This document shows positions 55,352 through 64,000 of a stretch of DNA of 64,000 bases, one piece after another. The position numbers and the translations under genes were made by a program. The notes beneath the pieces are model-generated. The model worked only from the letters and a program-made list of their open reading frames with translations, was not told the origin of the DNA and did no database searches. Each line of letters starts with the position of its first letter. The stretch's first letter is position 1. Source of the stretch: Candidatus Nomurabacteria bacterium (lineage in GTDB: Bacteria; Patescibacteriota; Minisyncoccia; Phycocordibacterales; SBAW01); assembly GCA_943349945.1 (NCBI GenBank), contig CALQZS010000001.1, forward strand, positions 213,739 to 277,738. Direction: 5' to 3'.

Positions 55352-57652
55352 ATGGTAAAGAAGATATTTTATGTCGTACTCATTACTGCAGCGGTAGTGG
55401 GGATTGTCGCCCTTATTTGGTGGTTTTTTAATCGCGACACCACTCCAGCTCAGACAGGAAGCGGCACTTTTGGTTCTGGCCAAGACGCACCACAAAGTGG
55501 TAATGCTGTCGGCGGCACCCCTACAAACGTGGCGTTGCCTATAGAAGGACAAAATGTAGGACAAGGAGGATTAGGAAGCAGCCAGAGCATACCTGCAGGC
55601 ACCTACACTGTACGTACAGGAACCCTAGCGCGAGGAAGTTATACCCTTGCACCAGCAGAAAGCTTTGGCACGTATACGGTAACTTCTGTAAACGGGGGGC
55701 GGCTGGAAGCTGGCCAATACACCTTTGCCGCACCAAACCTAACCACCACATACGGAGTTATGTTGTCTCCAATGGGCACTTCGTCGAATGTATATACCAT
55801 TACACCTGGGCAGATACGGAGCAACATTGTAGACGGTATAGTGGGCACCTCGACCAATACAGGGAACATCGGTGTACCGGGTGTTACCTGGCTCTCGGGT
55901 ACTACCACAAACAACGGTACCACCGGTAACAATGCAGGCACAGTATTTAATCCCACAGGCATAAATCAGCTAAATAATGACACCCCAAGTGGCGGCGTAT
56001 TGCCAAATATAAGCGGCGGAGGGGGAGGCACCGGCTCACAAGGCGGACTGGGGCTAGGAGGAGCTTTGGTTGGCGCCGCAGTTGCGGGCGGTCTTAGTTG
56101 TGGAGCAGCAGAGGCACTTGCGTGGGCTGGTAAGGCTCTGGGAATTACTGAGAGCACTACACTGGGAGCTCCTGGAGTAGCACTTACAGTAGGAGGGGAG
56201 GGAATAGAACTTGGACTCACTCCAATATCGGTTTCGACCGTAAACAACGGACAAACAACGGTTCTTACGGGCACAAATGCTTTGCTGGGAGCAATTCTTA
56301 TTAAACTTGGTGGCGCTCATGGGGAACAAAAGGTGGACGATTCGATTAATACTTTTTGGAGTTGCCTCGCCCGAACCGTGGCGCGCATAGCACTCAACCA
56401 AATCACCAACAGCGTGGTCAACTGGATAAACTCGGGCTTTGGCGCAGACGGCGGCCCTGGGTCGGGCGGACCATCGTTTGTAACCAACCCTGAACGCTTT
56501 TTTACTAACCTGGCAGACAAAACGGCAGGGGAGTTTATCAAAGGCAGCTCGCTCTCGTTCCTATGTAGCCCATTCCAACTACAGATACGCATCGCCATAG
56601 CCAAAAGCTACGCCCAACGCAACGCGTACTCGTGCACGCTCACAGGAGTTACCAACAACATACGCAACTTTATGAACGGCAGCTTCAGCGCCGGAGGGTG
56701 GCCAGCCATGTTGTCGTACACGACCATGCCCACCAACAACCCGTACGGTGCATTTATGTATGCCGAAGCAGGCTTAAGCTACAGCGTACAAACAGCGCAA
56801 GGTGAGCAGCGCCGACAACTGTCGTTAGGTAACGGCTTCCTCGACTTTAAGCAAAAGAAAAACTGTCGCAACTCGTTTGTGCGTCCGGACGCATCAAGCG
56901 GCCAGTCGGTGAGCGAGGTGGACACAGGAAACGGCACCATGTACGAAAGTTGCGACATAGTGACCACCACCCCGGGCAATGTTATCGCCCAAGCAATAGG
57001 TGCAACCGAGAGCAGCACACTCGACCAGCTGAGTCTGGCAAAAAGCTTTGACGAGATAATCAGCGCACTTATCACCCAACTGATGACCCGCACACTCCAA
57101 GGCGGCCTCTTGAACCTGAGCGGGCAAGACGGGTATGCAAGCAACTTCTACTCTGCCGAAGAACTTGCTGCACAGCGCCAAGCGCAAGACTTCTTAGAGG
57201 AGCTACAAACAGACTCCAGTGTGGCACAAAATCTTGGGACAATTAAACAGGGGAGTATCCAAGACATCCAGAGCGCACAGCGCCGGTTGAGCGAGTTGCG
57301 CAACTGTTGGCTTGGTACAAGCGCGGCCGGAGCTGCAGAAAATGCTGCCGCAGCATCCAGCACCGTCGCCATGCTCGAGACACGGGTCGCATTCTATAAT
57401 GACCAAATACTCCGCATAAACGAAACCATTACCACATTGGTGGAATTCCAAAGCCGCACACTGTCGGCCGGCTCGCTAAGCGACCTAGAGGCGGTGCGAC
57501 GCGACCACAGCGCAGCCGCTGCACAAGGTAGACTCGTGTCATCGGTAGACATCACCACTGCGCAACAAGACCGCGCAACACTGCAAAGCCAGATGGCAAC
57601 CATAAACCAACAAACAACAGCAGGACTCACACAATGCAATGCATTTAGGTAA
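55352..57652 (+). CDS. Large membrane-anchored protein of the T4SS-like operon
   Basis: N-terminal TM, Gly/Thr-rich region, glycine-zipper segment, VVNWINSGF...FLCSPF...GGW, C-terminal coiled coil. Confidence 0.72.
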   Translation: MVKKIFYVVLITAAVVGIVALIWWFFNRDTTPAQTGSGTFGSGQDAPQSGNAVGGTPTNVALPIEGQNVGQGGLGSSQSIPAGTYTVRTGTLARGSYTLAPAESFGTYTVTSVNGGRLEAGQYTFAAPNLTTTYGVMLSPMGTSSNVYTITPGQIRSNIVDGIVGTSTNTGNIGVPGVTWLSGTTTNNGTTGNNAGTVFNPTGINQLNNDTPSGGVLPNISGGGGGTGSQGGLGLGGALVGAAVAGGLSCGAAEALAWAGKALGITESTTLGAPGVALTVGGEGIELGLTPISVSTVNNGQTTVLTGTNALLGAILIKLGGAHGEQKVDDSINTFWSCLARTVARIALNQITNSVVNWINSGFGADGGPGSGGPSFVTNPERFFTNLADKTAGEFIKGSSLSFLCSPFQLQIRIAIAKSYAQRNAYSCTLTGVTNNIRNFMNGSFSAGGWPAMLSYTTMPTNNPYGAFMYAEAGLSYSVQTAQGEQRRQLSLGNGFLDFKQKKNCRNSFVRPDASSGQSVSEVDTGNGTMYESCDIVTTTPGNVIAQAIGATESSTLDQLSLAKSFDEIISALITQLMTRTLQGGLLNLSGQDGYASNFYSAEELAAQRQAQDFLEELQTDSSVAQNLGTIKQGSIQDIQSAQRRLSELRNCWLGTSAAGAAENAAAASSTVAMLETRVAFYNDQILRINETITTLVEFQSRTLSAGSLSDLEAVRRDHSAAAAQGRLVSSVDITTAQQDRATLQSQMATINQQTTAGLTQCNAFR

Positions 57653-60455
57653 TTACATAGCCGCACAAAAACAGTTTCTTATAGTTGCTGCTTTTGTGCT
57701 GCTTTTTGGTGCAATCTCCTTTTTACCAACGCAAAATTGGACACCGAAAGTACAGGCGCAATTTACCGCTTACGAATCAGGAGAAGCTCAGCGCACTGGC
57801 CAAACACCCGGCGATGTGGCTGTTCAAAATCAGACAAAAAAAGAGGATCCTTTAAACAAAATAAGGAAAGAGGACAAGTGGTGCACCGAGGCAAGCACTT
57901 GTGTGTCTGGAATTATATATGTTTTCTCTGTTGGTTTGGGGAGCATGCTTGCCTATATGGGTAGCTCCGTACTCAATCTAGGTATCCAATTGTCGCTCCA
58001 AAGCGAGGCGTACTCACAATTGTTCCTTACCACGGGGTGGGCTGCGGCGCGAGACATCGCCAACATGCTCTTCATCTTTATCCTCATTTATATAGCCTTT
58101 ACCATCATATACAGCGCCGAGACAGCCAACACTATGAAGACGCTCGCTGCGGTTGTGGTAATGGCACTGCTTATTAACTTTAGTTTTTTTATTACGCGTG
58201 TCGTGGTCGACGCGGGCAATATCCTTGCGGTACAGTTTTATAATGCTATTGAAACTCCACAATTATCACAAACAGCTGCCAATAGTACACTTGCAGATGC
58301 AACAAATCGACTCGGTTTTTCTCCCGGGGACAAAAAAGACCTTACGTTTTATCTAATGGAGACAGTAAAGGTCCAAAATATTTTAAATGAAACTTCCTTT
58401 AAAAAGTTTACCGACCAAAACGGTTTCCTCACCAACCTTATAGTGCAAAGCACTGTCTATATTGTTCTTGGATGGGCATTCGCCATTATTGCGCTGACTT
58501 TTTTTGCAGTTGGGTTTAAATTTGTCCTACGCATTATTGTGCTGTGGTTTGTAATTATCGCCGCGCCATTGGCCTTTGCTATGCGCGCATTCGCCAGCAA
58601 TGACACCGCGCGCAAGTTCTACAACGAATGGCAGAGTGCGCTGCTTAAATTTTCGTTCTACCCAGCAGTCTTCCTCTTCATGTTCTTAATAATGAACTTT
58701 ATTATGCGCGAGATGGGTGGAGGGGGAGGTCTTATACCGGGTTTGTTTGAAGATTTGTCAAAAATCAGTGTCACGAACAACGACACTCTTGGTTTAGCTG
58801 CGCTCGGCGCCGCAATGGCACAGGTTATTATCCGCCTGGGCTTTGTGGTGGTGATGCTGTTGTTTGGACTCAAGTTAGCAGACCAAATTATGCTAAGCGG
58901 TAGCACCTTTGCCGAAAATTTTACCAAAAAAGCGAGCGAGAAGATGAAGGGGTTTGCATACCGAAACACTGCCGGCCGCGCTTTATATGGCACCAACAAA
59001 GCACTTGAGCGAAGCAAGTGGGCAAACAAACCCGGCGCCGTAGGATGGATTGGCACCAAATTGCGCAAACAGTCGTTTGCATTTGCAGACAAAAGTTACG
59101 GAGGCATGCGTTCGCGCGTAGGGGTGCTTAAAGATAAAAGTTCTGCTTTGGAAGAACGCAAGGGTTTGCTAGCAAAAATAACGAACAAAGAACGTGATGA
59201 TGCAAGGAAGGCGCGCATAAAAACAACGGTAGACAAATTAGCTCCAGAAACTCATGCATCGCTAACCATAGAAGATATTCGTCTTATAGAAAGTCTTACT
59301 AAGAAAGATTACGAGGCGTTAGGTGAAACAAATACCGCAAAAATAGCTAGTTATTCAACACCTAACACTCCTTATGAAAAATTCTGGAGCGATGGGAAAA
59401 CCCGCATGATAGGTGAGATTGACGCTTTTACGGATAATGGGAAGACCCAAATTCATGCATCTCGCGAATCGGCACTACAAGATGGCGAGGAAGAGGAATT
59501 TATTAGAAAAAAACGCGCTGAAAAAGAGGCGACTGAAAAGAAAGAGGCGGAAGATGCAAAAGCAGCGGAAAACAAAAAGCGCGCCATTAGGATGGCTTTA
59601 AACCGACCAGACTTTCTACCACCAGACAATACACCCCCATTCATTCCCCCGGGCACGAAAGAACCTAGACAACAAAACAGAGGCGGAAATTCTCAACCTC
59701 GACAGCGCATCTCTCGCCTCGCACGCCCAGATATTGCCGACAGGCTCTTGGAGAAGATTGATGCTGGTTGGGCAAATGTAAAACCACGAGAGTCTCGTGC
59801 AGCAGAGTTCACGAACCTCGACAAAGCGCTTGCGGGAGTCGCAGAAGTGGCCACACGTGCTCAGGCTCGGGCCGCAACACAACCCCCTGCAGCCCGCAGC
59901 CTATATATAAACCAGCCCGCCGACGCTACAACACAGACAAAAAATATCCCAATAGACACCACTCACAGCATGCCGTCGCGCGTGTCTCGTCTAGATCCTG
60001 CACACACAGAGCAACCAACAAATACAACACCAACTCCGCAAACTACTCCTATATCAACTCCCACCACCCCTAAAACGCCCGCACCTCAAACCAGTCTTGC
60101 TTCTTGGTGGAATGTTCCTAAAGACCCTGCAGCAGAGCAACTAAAAGCATTGCACGGTATCAAAAAAGAGCTTGAGGAGATGCGCGAGCATGCCGCAGAA
60201 ACAGTGCCACATAATAAAACAACTGAAGCGCCCGTAACCATAAATCAAACAGTGGTACAAGTTGGGAGCACACCACCCAAGACAATAACTCCAGAGGCAA
60301 AGGAGTTACTTGCGTCTATAGATAAAGGCGGCGTACCAGCATTTATGACCCAAAATCTGCGTCGCGTGCTGCAACAAAATGGCATCAAAAATAGTGACAT
60401 CTCGCAAAGACCTCTAAACGAGTTGCTTGAGCAGCTGCGCAAGTTGCAAGCATAA
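57639..60455 (+). CDS. VirB6/TrbL-like polytopic membrane protein with long hydrophilic C-terminal tail
   Basis: GWAAARDIANMLFIFILIYIA, ALLINFSFFITRVVVDAGN, RIIVLWFVIIAAPLAF; ~7 TM; upstream of prgI/virB4. Confidence 0.75.
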   Translation: MHLGNYIAAQKQFLIVAAFVLLFGAISFLPTQNWTPKVQAQFTAYESGEAQRTGQTPGDVAVQNQTKKEDPLNKIRKEDKWCTEASTCVSGIIYVFSVGLGSMLAYMGSSVLNLGIQLSLQSEAYSQLFLTTGWAAARDIANMLFIFILIYIAFTIIYSAETANTMKTLAAVVVMALLINFSFFITRVVVDAGNILAVQFYNAIETPQLSQTAANSTLADATNRLGFSPGDKKDLTFYLMETVKVQNILNETSFKKFTDQNGFLTNLIVQSTVYIVLGWAFAIIALTFFAVGFKFVLRIIVLWFVIIAAPLAFAMRAFASNDTARKFYNEWQSALLKFSFYPAVFLFMFLIMNFIMREMGGGGGLIPGLFEDLSKISVTNNDTLGLAALGAAMAQVIIRLGFVVVMLLFGLKLADQIMLSGSTFAENFTKKASEKMKGFAYRNTAGRALYGTNKALERSKWANKPGAVGWIGTKLRKQSFAFADKSYGGMRSRVGVLKDKSSALEERKGLLAKITNKERDDARKARIKTTVDKLAPETHASLTIEDIRLIESLTKKDYEALGETNTAKIASYSTPNTPYEKFWSDGKTRMIGEIDAFTDNGKTQIHASRESALQDGEEEEFIRKKRAEKEATEKKEAEDAKAAENKKRAIRMALNRPDFLPPDNTPPFIPPGTKEPRQQNRGGNSQPRQRISRLARPDIADRLLEKIDAGWANVKPRESRAAEFTNLDKALAGVAEVATRAQARAATQPPAARSLYINQPADATTQTKNIPIDTTHSMPSRVSRLDPAHTEQPTNTTPTPQTTPISTPTTPKTPAPQTSLASWWNVPKDPAAEQLKALHGIKKELEEMREHAAETVPHNKTTEAPVTINQTVVQVGSTPPKTITPEAKELLASIDKGGVPAFMTQNLRRVLQQNGIKNSDISQRPLNELLEQLRKLQA

Positions 60456-60492
60456 TCTGCTGCTATGGTAGAATATGCGTATATAACGCTGT

Positions 60493-60996
60493 ATGGAAGA
60501 AGCATTGGACGACAAAATTACAAAACGCCTTGCTGAGTTGCCCGCAGACGTGCGCCAAGCGGTCGAGTCGGTAGACATGGGGGAGAAAATACGCGCCATT
60601 GGCACACGCCACGGGCTCCACGTCGACCAGTTGGGCGCCCTAGAAGACGAGATAATGCTTGTTATGTTGGGATTTGCCGACCCAGGCGCCTTTACCGAGC
60701 GCCTTGAAGCAGGGCTGCACCTGTCTGCCGAGCAGGCCGCGCAAGTTACAGAAGAGGCGGTTGAGCAGTTTTTCCTCCCCATCCGCGAGTCTATGAAGCA
60801 TTTTATGGCTGCCCAGGCAGCGAGCCATACTTTGGAAGCACCGCACACAACAGAACCTGTTGCTGCGCCAAAGATGCCCGCAGCCGAGCAGATGCTCGCA
60901 GAAAAAACAGTGGTGGTACCACCCAAACCAGAAACGCCAAACACCGCACAAGTGCGCACCTACACAAAAGACCCGTACCGCGAGCCGATAGAGTAG
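60493..60996 (+). CDS. Hypothetical protein
   Basis: LPADVRQAV...LHVDQLG; C-terminal DPYREPIE. Confidence 0.72.
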   Translation: MEEALDDKITKRLAELPADVRQAVESVDMGEKIRAIGTRHGLHVDQLGALEDEIMLVMLGFADPGAFTERLEAGLHLSAEQAAQVTEEAVEQFFLPIRESMKHFMAAQAASHTLEAPHTTEPVAAPKMPAAEQMLAEKTVVVPPKPETPNTAQVRTYTKDPYREPIE

Positions 60997-61048
60997 GGGT
61001 ACAACTTATCTTGGTCGCACCCCCATACCCCAGGTATACTAAGATACG

Positions 61049-61483
61049 ATGCAGTACCAAGTGCCTCAGTTTATTGAGTTGGAGGATAAAATATTTGGGC
61101 CACTTACGCTCAAGCAGTTTATCTATCTCGCTGGAGCTGGCGGTGTGTGCCTTATATTTTTCACGCTTCTACCTATATACCTCACCATCGTTCTGAGCGC
61201 ACCAGTTGTAGTATTTGCGCTTGCGCTTGCGTTTTACCAAATAAACGGCCGGCCATTTATTGTGGCGCTTGAGCACGGCATGTCCTACTTTTTTGGATCA
61301 AAGCTCTATTTGTGGAAGCAACGCGACCAAAGCCCGCAAAAAGCAGCTGCAAAACCAGCCAATACCCCTGTAGCGCTTGTACCAAAACTCTCTGAAAGCA
61401 AGCTCAAAGACTTGTCGTGGTCGCTCAACATCAAAGACCGCGCACAGGCGGGCATATCCAGCAATGACGACTTGGCGATATAA
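61049..61483 (+). CDS. prgI: PrgI-family membrane protein (VirB3-like role)
   Basis: MQYQVPQFIELEDKIFGPLTLKQF, two TMs, INGRPF. Confidence 0.88.
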   Translation: MQYQVPQFIELEDKIFGPLTLKQFIYLAGAGGVCLIFFTLLPIYLTIVLSAPVVVFALALAFYQINGRPFIVALEHGMSYFFGSKLYLWKQRDQSPQKAAAKPANTPVALVPKLSESKLKDLSWSLNIKDRAQAGISSNDDLAI

Positions 61484-61486
61484 CCT

Positions 61487-62155
61487 ATGGCAGACGAAAA
61501 AGTAAAAGCACAAGCAACACAAGACTTCGTACCTATTAAAGAAGTGCGGGACGGGGTTATTGTCCTCAAGAATGGCAGTTTGCGCATGTTGCTTATGGCG
61601 TCTTCCATCAACCTGGCGCTCAAGTCGCAAAACGAACAAGAGGCCATTATTGGGCAGTTTCAAAACTTTTTAAATTCCCTGGAATTTACGGTGCAGTTTT
61701 TTGTCGAGTCGCGCGACCTAGATATACGGCCGTATATAGCCCTTTTAGAAGACCGCTATGTTGCCGAGTTGGACGATTTGATGAAGATACAGATACGCGA
61801 ATACATTACGTTTATCAAAGACTTTACTGAGCGGTCAAACATTATGTCTAAAAACTTTTTTATCGTCGTACCCTACGACCCGGCAATAGTTGCGCCAGGC
61901 AGCGGGGTAGGGGGGATGTTGAGCGCACTACTACCATCCAAAGACGGGTCAAACGCGAACATAACCTCAGACACACAGTTCGAAGAGTACCGCACCCAGC
62001 TTGAGCAGCGTGTGGCAGTTATCGAGCAGGGCCTGGTGCGCACCGGGGTGCGCATTGCGCCGCTTGGCACCGAGGAGGTGATTGAGCTCTTTTATAAACT
62101 CTTTAACCCTGGCGAACTTGAGAAACCGCTCCAAGTAACCCAGGTTGTACAATAA
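61487..62155 (+). CDS. TraC/VirB4-N-terminal-like T4SS protein
   Basis: INLALKSQNEQEAI...FLNSL, FFIVVPY, ELFYKLFNP; lies between prgI and virB4. Confidence 0.75.
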   Translation: MADEKVKAQATQDFVPIKEVRDGVIVLKNGSLRMLLMASSINLALKSQNEQEAIIGQFQNFLNSLEFTVQFFVESRDLDIRPYIALLEDRYVAELDDLMKIQIREYITFIKDFTERSNIMSKNFFIVVPYDPAIVAPGSGVGGMLSALLPSKDGSNANITSDTQFEEYRTQLEQRVAVIEQGLVRTGVRIAPLGTEEVIELFYKLFNPGELEKPLQVTQVVQ

Positions 62156-62160
62156 ACACT

Positions 62161-64000
62161 ATGTCTTTTCTTGATTTTTTAAAGGAAAAAAAGCCAGAGC
62201 TAAGTACAGCGCCCGCGGCATCCATCATGCCCGAACAAATATACAAGCAGGGCGTGCTTGAGCTCCAAGATGTTATCGCACCCTCTGCGCTCAAAATCAC
62301 TCCACGCGAGATAAACTTGGGCGACAAAATAGCTCGTACTTTTTTTGTGATGTCATATCCGCGCGTGCTGACCGATTCGTGGTTTGCGCCCATCATCAAC
62401 CTCGACCGCGTGCTCGACATATCTATCTTTGTGCACCCAATAGACTCGGCTGATATTCTTAAAAAATTCCAAAAAAAGGTGGCCGAGGTGCAGTCGCAGA
62501 TAGCCGCACGGGAAGAGAAGGGTTTGGTGCGCGACCCAATATTGGATACCGCATACAACGACTTGGAAGATCTGCGTGACCAACTACAACAAGCACAGGA
62601 GCGCATCTTTGACGTGGGTGTCTACATCACCGTGTATGGAGCATCCACCGAAGAGCTCGACAAAGCCGAGAGTGAGATAAAGTCTATGTTGGAGTCGCGA
62701 CTTATATACGTCAAACCAGCCCTATTCCAACAGAGCCAAGGGTTTAAAACGGCACTGCCGCTCGGGCAAGACGAATTGGCGGTCAATTCAAAGCTAAATT
62801 CGTCCCCACTATCGTCTATATTTCCCTTTGTTTCGTTTGACCTAACCTCCGACAAAGGAATTTTGTACGGCATCAACCGCCACAACGCGAGTTTGGTGTT
62901 GTTTGACCGCTTTAGCCTAGAAAACTACAACTCCGTTATCTTTGCTAAGTCGGGTTCGGGTAAGTCGTATGCAACCAAGCTCGAGATTTTGCGAACACTG
63001 ATGTTTGATACCGAGGTTATTGTTATCGACCCAGAACGCGAGTATGAGTTTTTGGCTCAAACAGTGGGTGGGCGGTACTTCAACATATCACTCAACTCCG
63101 AGCACCACATCAACCCGTTTGACTTGGCGGTGCCACGCGAAGACGAGAGTCCTGCGGACATCTTGCGCTCCAATATTGTGGCTTTGGTGGGGCTTTTTCG
63201 CATTATGCTTGGTGGCCTTACCCCCGAGGAGGACGCGATTATAGACAAAGCCATAACTGAAACGTACGCACTTAAAGACATCACTGTCGACAGCAACTTT
63301 GCCGAAATAGAACCGCCACTTTTGTCTGACTTCGAGATGGTGCTCTCGGGCATGGAGGGGAGTGAGTCGCTGACGCAACGCTTGTCGAAGTACACCAAGG
63401 GCACCTGGTCTGGGTTTATAAACCAAGCAACCAATGTCGACATAAACAAAAAGTTTGTCGTCTTTTCTGTCCGCGATATGGAAGACGATTTGAAGCCTGT
63501 CGCCATGTACCTTATTACCCATTATATATGGAATGCGGTACGCAAAAACCTTAAAAAACGCTTGCTTGTTATCGACGAGGCTTGGTGGATGATGAAGTCG
63601 GAAGACACTGCATCCTTCCTCTACAGCATGGCGAAGCGCGGCCGCAAGTACTACCTGGGGCTTGCGACTATCACCCAAGACGTTGACGACTTTTTGAAGT
63701 CGCCCTACGGCCTACCCATGATCACCAACTCGTCTATACAGATATTGCTTAAGCAGTCGCCTACAACCATAGACAACCTACAAAAAACATTTAACCTCTC
63801 GGACGAAGAAAAGTATTTGCTTTTGGAGTCTGATGTGGGGGAGGGGATCTTTTTTGCAGGCTTAAAACACGTCGCTATTAAGGTTATAGCCTCCTACACG
63901 GAAGATCAGATAATCACCTCTGACCCGTCGCAAGTGCTTGCACTGCGCAAACAGCGTGCGGATATTGCAAACGCACCCACACCACCCACACCTGCGGTAC
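62161..64000 (+). CDS. virB4: VirB4/TraC-family ATPase (runs off the window end)
   Basis: Manual translation: LYGINRHN, Walker A AKSGSGKS, VIDPEREY, INPFDL, Walker B LLVIDEAW, ITQDV. Confidence 0.9.
   Translation, partial: MSFLDFLKEKKPELSTAPAASIMPEQIYKQGVLELQDVIAPSALKITPREINLGDKIARTFFVMSYPRVLTDSWFAPIINLDRVLDISIFVHPIDSADILKKFQKKVAEVQSQIAAREEKGLVRDPILDTAYNDLEDLRDQLQQAQERIFDVGVYITVYGASTEELDKAESEIKSMLESRLIYVKPALFQQSQGFKTALPLGQDELAVNSKLNSSPLSSIFPFVSFDLTSDKGILYGINRHNASLVLFDRFSLENYNSVIFAKSGSGKSYATKLEILRTLMFDTEVIVIDPEREYEFLAQTVGGRYFNISLNSEHHINPFDLAVPREDESPADILRSNIVALVGLFRIMLGGLTPEEDAIIDKAITETYALKDITVDSNFAEIEPPLLSDFEMVLSGMEGSESLTQRLSKYTKGTWSGFINQATNVDINKKFVVFSVRDMEDDLKPVAMYLITHYIWNAVRKNLKKRLLVIDEAWWMMKSEDTASFLYSMAKRGRKYYLGLATITQDVDDFLKSPYGLPMITNSSIQILLKQSPTTIDNLQKTFNLSDEEKYLLLESDVGEGIFFAGLKHVAIKVIASYTEDQIITSDPSQVLALRKQRADIANAPTPPTPAV

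Noticed and set aside
1-64000. Alternative genetic code (TGA read-through)
   Set aside because: Conserved genes are full length under code 11, and TGA acts as a normal stop (for example pcrA and the gene overlapping YcaO).

Overview
This 64-kb window looks like chromosomal DNA of a small-genome Patescibacteria/CPR organism, probably Parcubacteria-like. That placement is inferred from gene content: a PrgI-VirB4-VirB6-like locus, a trigger factor lacking its PPIase domain, and no amino-acid or nucleotide biosynthesis genes in the window. Housekeeping genes (recJ, pgk, tpiA, nusA, ppa, tig, clpP, rny, hup, cca, xth, a Xer recombinase, rpsO, pnp, comM, pcrA, rsmA) and four tRNAs are interspersed with solitary ORFans. 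The most notable items are: (1) a 7-gene RiPP-like cluster at 10.2-17.2 kb with YcaO, a membrane-anchored rhodanese, a cysteine desulfurase, an adenylate-forming enzyme, an alpha/alpha-toroid-like protein and a membrane-anchored precursor peptide with an AHA motif and an acidic Gly/Ser/Cys core; (2) two tandem, leaderless leader-peptide attenuators at 29.3-30.3 kb, one Phe-rich, controlling only unknown small genes; (3) a family of ~90-190-nt structured mini-elements that sit at the T-loop of three tRNAs with duplication of the tRNA 3' end, with related elements in frame inside recJ and a methyltransferase gene; (4) a cluster of parS-like sites and DnaA boxes at 31-35.5 kb; (5) pervasive leaderless gene starts; (6) a catalytically degenerate PilB/GspE paralog. 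All assignments come from motif recognition by eye; no database searches were run.
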